DNA from: an uncultured Gammaproteobacteria bacterium
GTDB lineage: Bacteria; Pseudomonadota; Gammaproteobacteria; Xanthomonadales; SZUA-38
Reading direction: 5' to 3'
Assembly: GCA_964630895.1 (NCBI GenBank)
Contig: CAZVYE010000001.1
Coordinates: forward strand, 2,319 to 66,318
Length of the DNA: 64,000 bases
Every line of letters begins with the position of its first letter. Positions within the stretch are counted from its first letter, which is position 1. Shown here piece after piece: positions 58,101-64,000 of this stretch. The translations under genes were made by a program, and so were the position numbers. A model generated the notes under the pieces. It ran no database searches, had not been told where the DNA came from, and worked only from the letters and a program-made list of their open reading frames with translations.

Positions 58101-58617
58101 ATTTAGAGATACCGGCAGCTTCTTCCAGGTGGTGTCGCAAATCTTCCGGCTTGGCTTCCACGATCTGGGAAATCATGCCCTGCTCAATAATGGAGTAACT
58201 GCGAGGTCCTAATCCGGTGCCTAAAAAGATATCGGTGATATCTCGCCGCCGACAGCGTGTGCCGTTCAGGAAATAAGCAGATTGACCATCTCGGCTGACC
58301 TGCCGCTTAATGGATATTTCTGAAAAGCTGGCAAACTCCCCCTGCACGGTCCCATCGGAATTGTCGAATATCAACTCCACCGTAGCAGTGCCAACTGGTT
58401 TGCGCGCGCTGGATCCGCTAAAAATAACGTCAGACATGGATTCGCCACGCAGTAGTCGCGCAGACGACTCGCCCATAACCCAACGTACGGCGTCAATAAT
58501 ATTGGACTTTCCACAGCCGTTTGGTCCCACCACACCAATTAGATTGCTTGGCATGTGAAACGTAGTTGGGTCGACAAAGGACTTAAATCCCGCCAGTTTT
58601 ATGGTTTTCAGACGCAT
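55121..58617 (-). pseudogene. smc: Chromosome segregation protein SMC, reading frame broken once (apparent 1-nt deletion in a homopolymer)
   Basis: The N-part ORF (55837-58617) starts MRLKTIKLAGFKSFVDPT...GPNGCGKSNIIDA (Walker A). The C-part ORF (55121-55861) carries [10 protein letters not shown] (signature) and [13 protein letters not shown] (Walker B). The two frames overlap at 55837-55861. Adding one T to the T4 run at 55904-55907 yields the continuous sequence ...[32 protein letters not shown].... Confidence 0.85.
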
Positions 58618-58821
58618 TTATTATCGGGCTTAGTGTTTAACGTGGCATGGTCTGCAGACCAACCGACGCGATTGGGACAGCAGAAGATAGTGGAGCGCAT
58701 TGCAAGGCGCAAGCAAATCGTGCAGAAATCCCACTTTCTTTCATCTCAAAAACCACCGAACCGTTGCCTGATTGGGTGATTTGCGCTATTTTCCGCCGCC
58801 CTGTCAGCATAATGAAGCATC

Positions 58822-59211
58822 ATGTCTAGCGTACCTTCCAAGGATTTAGAAACATTTCCCAATCCACAGCCCGAACGTGACTACACCATTCGTATCACGA
58901 TTCCGGAGTTTACCTGCCTGTGCCCCAAAACCGGCCAGCCAGATTTTGCTACTTTGGAACTGGAATATATTCCGGAGGCGCATTGCGTGGAGCTTAAAGC
59001 GCTAAAGATGTACGTATGGGCATTTCGTGATCAGGGCGCATTCCATGAGAAAGTGACCAACGAAATCCTGGGCGACCTGGTTGCGGCCACGCAGCCTCGC
59101 TTTATGCGCCTGACCGCAGAATTTAATGTGCGTGGTGGTATTTACACCACCGTGGTAGCTGAGCACCGTGCCGACGACTGGCAGCCACCGGTTAAAGTCG
59201 AGCTACCCTAG
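58822..59211 (+). CDS. queF: NADPH-dependent 7-cyano-7-deazaguanine reductase (unimodular type)
   Basis: It has [25 protein letters not shown] (catalytic Cys) and the QueF motif E(L)KALKMY....F.E. The length is 129 aa. Confidence 0.9.
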   Translation: MSSVPSKDLETFPNPQPERDYTIRITIPEFTCLCPKTGQPDFATLELEYIPEAHCVELKALKMYVWAFRDQGAFHEKVTNEILGDLVAATQPRFMRLTAEFNVRGGIYTTVVAEHRADDWQPPVKVELP

Positions 59212-59267
59212 AGACTTTTTGACATAGCCCAGCAGCGGCTTGCTTACTGCTGGGCTGCAAAAAGCGT

Positions 59268-60125
59268 TTAACCCAATGGCTGCTGTTGCATGCCTGCTGC
59301 AGGTTCTATTTCCACAGTGGCTTCTGCACGTAATGATTCTACGTGTTCCTGGACTCGCTCTCGAAATAGATTATCCCGAATACCCTGACTGACCTCTTCC
59401 ATGGATGGTGGATCAAACTCCCGGGTTTCTACCATTTGCACAACGTGCCAGCCATATTCACTGGACAGCGGTGTCGGAGAAATTGCCCCAGGCTCCATCG
59501 AGGCAACTACGCTAAAGCTATCCGGCACCTGGGCCAGGTTTAACCATCCTATGTCGCCAGCGTTTGCCGGCCCCACTTTGGGCTGATACTCGGCAATCAG
59601 GTTTTCAAACGATTCGCCTTCCTGGGCACGCTGCGCGAGCGCCAGCGCGGTTGCTTCTTCTCGGACCAAGATGTGTCGCAGGTGGTATTCTTTTTCGCCG
59701 GTTTTTTTCACCTGCTCTTGATACGCAGCAGCAACCTCACTCTCGGAAATTTCACTGTTCTGTGCAAAGCGACTCATGGCCTCCGCAAATAGCGCGTCCA
59801 ATTCCTGCAAGGCCAATCGCGCCTGCAGCGTAGAACTGGTCACCCGGCCCTGGTCGGTAGCGGACTCCGCCATCAGAATCAGATCAACCAGATCACGTAT
59901 CGCTGCTTCCCGTTGGGCAGGCTCGGTAATTTGCAATCCGCGCTTATTCAAATAGGCGTAAAGCAAATCCTCGCTTACCACCTGATCGTTGATGGTTGCA
60001 ATTTCTTCACCCTCTAAGGCGCGCCAGGTGAGCTGTTCCGTCGCATCATTCGTGTCGTCACTACTGCATGCTGACAACAACAAGGCAGATAGAACTACGA
60101 AGCCAAATGAAGTTTGGTTAATCAT
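59268..60125 (-). CDS. Parvulin-type peptidyl-prolyl isomerase lipoprotein
   Basis: The lipobox is VLSALLLSACSS. A SurA-N-like helical region is followed by the PpiC domain YHLRHILV...GDIGWLNLAQVPDSF...SEYGWHVVQMVETRE. I prefer the start at 60125. Confidence 0.8.
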   Translation of the reverse strand: MINQTSFGFVVLSALLLSACSSDDTNDATEQLTWRALEGEEIATINDQVVSEDLLYAYLNKRGLQITEPAQREAAIRDLVDLILMAESATDQGRVTSSTLQARLALQELDALFAEAMSRFAQNSEISESEVAAAYQEQVKKTGEKEYHLRHILVREEATALALAQRAQEGESFENLIAEYQPKVGPANAGDIGWLNLAQVPDSFSVVASMEPGAISPTPLSSEYGWHVVQMVETREFDPPSMEEVSQGIRDNLFRERVQEHVESLRAEATVEIEPAAGMQQQPLG

Positions 60126-60408
60126 GGGTACTCTCGGGTTGATGGGTTGGCATGGCATGTATGGCCAATGCATGAATCTCTGTTTGCATGAGCTCGCCTA
60201 AGGCGGCATAAATTGCTCTGTGTACTTGCATTTTTCGGCGTCCGGCAAAGGCATCGGCACGAATCGTCACTCGGAAATGCCCGCGACCATCTCTGGCACC
60301 TACGTGCCCCTTGTGCAAATGTCCCTCATCGATAACTTCCAGTTCGCTGGGCTCAAAGGCATCCGTTAACCGGTTTCGAATCGCCTGGAGTCGCTCTTCC
60401 GTATTCAA
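60118..60408 (-). CDS. BolA-family protein
   Basis: The sequence is ERLQAIRNRLTDAFEPSELEVIDEGHLHKGH...HFRVTIRADAFAGRRKMQVHRAIYAALGELMQTEIHALAIHA. The start is probably the TTG at 60408, overlapping the yciI stop (cTTGA). The maximal ORF to 60486 would lie inside yciI. Confidence 0.75.
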   Translation of the reverse strand: MNTEERLQAIRNRLTDAFEPSELEVIDEGHLHKGHVGARDGRGHFRVTIRADAFAGRRKMQVHRAIYAALGELMQTEIHALAIHAMPTHQPESTHD

Positions 60409-60704
60409 GGTAGCACCTGAATAAACGGCTTTACTTCTACCGAGTCGTACACGCCACTTTGCTGATAAGGATCCGCGTCGGCCCAAGCTTGCGCCGCCTG
60501 CTGCGAATCAAATTCTGCGACAATCAGGCTGCCAGTCACGCCAGCACCCATTGCATCGGGCATTGCCGTTTTGGGAAATGGACCGGCCAGTATCAATTTG
60601 CCCGCGGCTTTCAGCTCTTGCAAGCGCTGCAGGTGATTCGGCCGTGCTTTGATTCTAGACTCCATACTATTGGGATGATCGGACGCGATTATTGCAAACA
60701 ACAT
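60405..60704 (-). CDS. yciI: YciI-family protein
   Basis: The 99-aa sequence is MLFAIIASDHPNSMESRIKARPNHLQRLQELKAAGKLILAGPF...GSLIVAEFDSQQAAQAWADADPY.... Confidence 0.8.
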   Translation of the reverse strand: MLFAIIASDHPNSMESRIKARPNHLQRLQELKAAGKLILAGPFPKTAMPDAMGAGVTGSLIVAEFDSQQAAQAWADADPYQQSGVYDSVEVKPFIQVLP

Positions 60705-60894
60705 ACCAGTGCCCCTGAGATTGTCGCACAAAATGTTTCGTAATTGGTGGGCACTGGGTTAAGCTGCGCGGTTCTGCGCGCAGGATGTTGTACCAAAAAT
60801 TCACCAGCACCCCTGCCGGGCCGCAGATAATACCCATAAACCGTTACAAAAGCTGCCAATTGGTCACATTCTTTCTTTTACGGAAACCATATTA

Positions 60895-61512
60895 ATGAGC
60901 ACCACCGTCCATTTGCACCCTGAAGACCCCCAGGCCAGGTTGTGCAAACAGATATCAGAACACCTAAATAACGGTGAACTAGCCATAGTCCCAACAGACT
61001 CGGGCTATGCTTACGTATGGGCAACAGACCAGGCAGCACCACGGGCGCAAATTGAGCGAATCCGTGAACTGGACAAACACCATCGATTTAGCTTGCTCTG
61101 CCGCTCACTCTCTGATCTGGCTGATGCAGCAATTATCGACAACCCTCAATTCCGGCTTATTAAAAGGCTCACCCCTGGTCCCTTTACCTTTGTGGTGGAA
61201 GCGGCCCGGAGACTACCCAAAGAATTGCTTCCCAATCGCCAACGCGCCATCGGACTACGCATACCCGACAACAAGGCCCTGCAAGCAATTCTTGAGGCGC
61301 ATGGTGCGGCGCTGGCCAGCGCAAGCATCAAGTTTTCTGATGCGGATATGGAAACCATGGAACCGTGGGAAATAGCCGACCGCACCGACAATTTGGTTGA
61401 ACTGTTTGTCGATGCCGGATATTGTCCGCGCAAGCCTACAACGGTTTTGGACTTACGCCAGGACCCTCCTCTGCTGGTGCGACAAGGCGCTGGCGAAATC
61501 GACTTTTTATAG
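60895..61512 (+). CDS. yciO: YciO (TsaC/YrdC/Sua5-family threonylcarbamoyl-AMP synthase-like protein)
   Basis: The 205-aa protein is collinear with E. coli YciO as I remember it: HPEDPQARL, VPTDSGYA, RIRELDKHHRFSLLCRSLSDL, FRLIK..TPGPFTFV, IGLRIPDN and KPTTVLDL......LVRQGAGEI. Confidence 0.8.
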   Translation: MSTTVHLHPEDPQARLCKQISEHLNNGELAIVPTDSGYAYVWATDQAAPRAQIERIRELDKHHRFSLLCRSLSDLADAAIIDNPQFRLIKRLTPGPFTFVVEAARRLPKELLPNRQRAIGLRIPDNKALQAILEAHGAALASASIKFSDADMETMEPWEIADRTDNLVELFVDAGYCPRKPTTVLDLRQDPPLLVRQGAGEIDFL

Positions 61513-61551
61513 TTGGCTGCTTTGCTTAACCATAGAGACTGACCCCTTATT

Positions 61552-62409
61552 GTGACCGAACCAACCAACCAATCAGGCAAACCCGCACAGGAAGAAATGC
61601 CGTTTGCGGTCGTTATGGGTCAGCCAGTTGCCGAGCTGCCTACAGATTTATACATTCCGCCCGATGCGCTGGAAGTGTTTCTTGAGGCTTTCGAGGGTCC
61701 TCTGGACTTACTGTTGTATCTCATTCGGCGCCAAAATCTGGATATTCTGGACATTCCAATTGCGCAAATAACCGACCAGTACATTGAGTACATCGAGTTA
61801 ATGCAGGAAATGCGGTTCGAGTTAGCAGCAGAATACTTACTGATGGCGGCCATACTGGCCGAAATTAAGTCTCGAATGCTGCTGCCAAAGCCAAAACAGG
61901 ATCAGGAAGAAGAAGGCGATCCGCGCGCCGAATTGGTTAGAAGATTACAAGAATACGAGCGCTACAAGAAGGCCGCACAGGATTTAGATGAGCTGCCCCG
62001 GCACGAACGCGACTTTACGCTGGTAGATGCGTTTGTAACTGACCGCTCAACCGTTACCGTGCCTCCCGAAGTGGATCTAAAGGAATTGCTGATCGCATTT
62101 CGTGACGTTCTCAGTCGAGCTGAGCTTTACACCCATCACGCCGTGGAAATGGAGCCGTTGTCGGTACGAGAACGAATGAGCCGAATCATGAAGATGCTGG
62201 CACCGGGCAAATTCGTGTCCTTTAGCGAGCTGTTTGACCCCGAAGAAGGCCGCATGGGCGTCGTGGTTTCATTTTTGGCAATATTGGAAATGATCAAAGA
62301 GCGCATCGTTGAAGTTGCCCAAAACGAACCTTTTGCCCCAATCTATATAAAAACGCTGGCTGGTGACGAACCAGACGCAGATACGGACGTAAATCTGGTA
62401 ACAAGTTGA
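61552..62409 (+). CDS. scpA: Segregation and condensation protein A (kleisin)
   Basis: It has FEGPLDLLLYLIRRQNLDILDIPIAQITDQYIEYI and LAAEYLLMAAILAEIKSRMLLP. The start codon is GTG. Confidence 0.9.
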   Translation: MTEPTNQSGKPAQEEMPFAVVMGQPVAELPTDLYIPPDALEVFLEAFEGPLDLLLYLIRRQNLDILDIPIAQITDQYIEYIELMQEMRFELAAEYLLMAAILAEIKSRMLLPKPKQDQEEEGDPRAELVRRLQEYERYKKAAQDLDELPRHERDFTLVDAFVTDRSTVTVPPEVDLKELLIAFRDVLSRAELYTHHAVEMEPLSVRERMSRIMKMLAPGKFVSFSELFDPEEGRMGVVVSFLAILEMIKERIVEVAQNEPFAPIYIKTLAGDEPDADTDVNLVTS

Positions 62410-62410
62410 T

Positions 62411-63217
62411 ATGGAAATCGGAGCGTTAAAAAACATCCTCGAAGCGGCCCTGCTGGCAGCAGACGAACCATTGAACTTGAATCAAATGGAAGGCCTCTTT
62501 GCAGAAGATGCGACGCCAGGACATAAGAACCTAAGGTCTGCGCTAGCCAAGTTGGAAGCAGACTACGAGGGCCGTGGCATTGAATTGAAAGAAGTGGCCA
62601 GCGGCTGGCGTATTCAGGTCCGGGAAAGTATCCATCCCTGGGTGTCCAAACTGTGGCAACAGCGGCCGCCTCGGTATTCCCGCGCACTGTTGGAGACTCT
62701 GGCTATCATCGCATATCGCCAGCCCATAACCCGCGGCGAAATCGAAGAAATCCGCGGCGTTGCCGTAAGCACCAACATCATGCGGGTGCTGCAAGAGCGT
62801 GAGTGGGTGCGCGTGGTTGGTCAGCGAGACGTACCCGGTAAGCCTTCGTTATTTGGCACCACCAAAAAGTTCCTGGACTATTTTAATTTGCGGCGACTGG
62901 ATGAGTTACCCACGCTCGCGGAAATCCGTGAAATCGGCGACATTGATCCAGAGCTACGCTTTGCAGACGAAGCGAGCAAAACCCAGCCCCCCGTGACCGC
63001 CAGCGCAGACGCCGGCAATGCAACAGAAGAAAACGAACATGACGCAGCAGAGCGACAATCCGTGGACGAATCGCAAGACGAAGTCCAGCACCAAGAAGAA
63101 CGAAAGCAATCCGAAGACAACCGAGAAAAAGAAGAGTCCCAGCGACAAACGGGGGAAGGACTCAAGGCCGACAAATCAGCGCAGCAAGTACAAGCCGCGG
63201 GGTCCGAAGAAGAGTAA
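62411..63217 (+). CDS. scpB: Segregation and condensation protein B, with a long acidic C-terminal tail
   Basis: It has LKNILEAALLAADEPL, SGWRIQVRE, RYSRALLETLAIIAYRQPITRGEIEEIRGV and GRRDVPGKPSLFGTTKKFLDYFNL. The final 75 aa or so are E/Q/D/K-rich. Confidence 0.9.
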   Translation: MEIGALKNILEAALLAADEPLNLNQMEGLFAEDATPGHKNLRSALAKLEADYEGRGIELKEVASGWRIQVRESIHPWVSKLWQQRPPRYSRALLETLAIIAYRQPITRGEIEEIRGVAVSTNIMRVLQEREWVRVVGQRDVPGKPSLFGTTKKFLDYFNLRRLDELPTLAEIREIGDIDPELRFADEASKTQPPVTASADAGNATEENEHDAAERQSVDESQDEVQHQEERKQSEDNREKEESQRQTGEGLKADKSAQQVQAAGSEEE

Positions 63218-64000
63218 GGCTGCAACAGTCGGCCTGGATAAACCCAGTCAAAAGGATGGTGAGCGCCTGCAAAAACTCATGGCGGGCATGGGGCTTGGTT
63301 CGCGCAGGGGTCTAGAAACCGAAATTGCCGCGGGCAATGTCTACCTGAACGGCGAAAAAGCCACTCTCGGCACCCGTGGAGACGAAGGCGACTTGGTGGA
63401 ATTCAAGGGCTCCCGCTATCAAGTGGTGAGCGACGCCAGCACCAGCAGCCAAGTCATTCTTTATAACAAGCCCGAAGGTGAAATTTGCACCCGCAATGAC
63501 CCGGAAGGTCGAAAAACGGTGTTCGAGAAGCTACCCCCTCTGCGCTCACAGCGCTGGATAGCGATTGGCCGGCTGGACATCAACACTGCCGGTCTGCTGC
63601 TATTTACCACGGATGGCGAATTGGCAAACGCCATGATGCACCCCAGCACCGGAGTGGACCGCGAGTACGCCTGCCGGGTGCACGGCGAGGTCACTGACGA
63701 AATTGTTGAAAAACTCAAAAGCGGTGTGGAGTTAGAAGACGGCCCAGCTCATTTTACCGACGTGGTGGATTCGGGTGGCAGCGGCCAGAATCGCTGGTTC
63801 CACGTGGTGCTCATGGAAGGTAGAAATCGCGAAGTACGGCGGCTATGGCAGGCTGTGGGCCTCGAGGTCTCCCGCCTTAAGCGGGTGCGGTATGGCGCAG
63901 TATTCATGCCCTCTCGGCTCAAACGAGGCCAATGGGAGAATATGTCACCCCGGGACATTCGCATCTTACGCGAGGACGCGGGCTTGAAGGCGCGCACCGA
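63018..64000 (+). CDS. rluB: 23S rRNA pseudouridine synthase RluB (partial; 3' end beyond the window), with a Lys/Arg-rich N-terminal extension overlapping scpB
   Basis: I translated this frame myself. The S4 domain is GERLQKLMAGMGLGSRRGLETEIAAGNVYLNGEKATLG. It also has VILYNKPEGEICTRNDPEGRKTVFE, the catalytic motif IAIGRLDINTAGLLLFTTDGELAN, and REYACRVHG. The frame opens after the TGA at 62994. The only in-frame ATGs upstream of the S4 domain are at 63018 and 63039, and there is no GTG or TTG in between. Confidence 0.8.
   Translation, partial: MQQKKTNMTQQSDNPWTNRKTKSSTKKNESNPKTTEKKKSPSDKRGKDSRPTNQRSKYKPRGPKKSKAATVGLDKPSQKDGERLQKLMAGMGLGSRRGLETEIAAGNVYLNGEKATLGTRGDEGDLVEFKGSRYQVVSDASTSSQVILYNKPEGEICTRNDPEGRKTVFEKLPPLRSQRWIAIGRLDINTAGLLLFTTDGELANAMMHPSTGVDREYACRVHGEVTDEIVEKLKSGVELEDGPAHFTDVVDSGGSGQNRWFHVVLMEGRNREVRRLWQAVGLEVSRLKRVRYGAVFMPSRLKRGQWENMSPRDIRILREDAGLKART

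Noticed and set aside
60409-60486. Longer N-terminal extension of the BolA ORF (MGRRGSLSAKWRVRLGRSKAVYSGAT)
   Set aside because: The extension lies wholly within the yciI coding sequence and is not BolA-like. A TTG overlapping the yciI stop gives a normal-length BolA.

Overview
The window looks like a chromosomal segment from a gammaproteobacterium, judged by gene content and order (miaB-ybeZ-ybeY-corC, smc-zipA-ligA, scpA-scpB-rluB, ppnN, typA). I called about 52 protein-coding genes. I found no rRNA, tRNA, CRISPR array, transposase or integrase. Recognisable blocks are: a CusCBA-type RND metal efflux operon (1.2-7.4 kb); M48 and M20 peptidases; an S1/P1 nuclease and a patatin; typA, ppiB, ispB and ssb; the precursor genes rfbBACD and manC; the miaB-phoH-ybeY-corC cluster; a nitrilase; a TonB-dependent receptor; ligA-zipA-smc; and queF, bolA, yciI, yciO and scpAB-rluB. 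The standout region is 11.3-22.6 kb. It holds nine tightly or translationally coupled minus-strand genes. These encode an ExbB/MotA/TolQ-type proton channel and two paralogous proteins that join an ExbD/TolR-like Asp-containing TM helix to a coiled coil and a vWA domain. The other six are an Hsp70/actin-like plus FHA-like protein, a predicted pseudokinase-TPR-PEGA protein, a multi-PEGA protein with a cysteine-less FGE-sulfatase-like domain, an acidic anchored protein and two lipoproteins, one of them extremely poly-Ser and acidic. I do not recognise this combination as any characterised Ton, Tol, Mot, gliding, Zorya or T6SS-regulatory system, and I flag it as the candidate novel system. Secondary observations are a DUF4105/Lnb-like gene in the usual lnt slot, an smc frameshift at a T4 run, a long scpB/rluB dual-coding overlap, and a Cys-rich secreted peptide heading the cus operon. 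All calls rest on reading the translations by eye. No database search was run.
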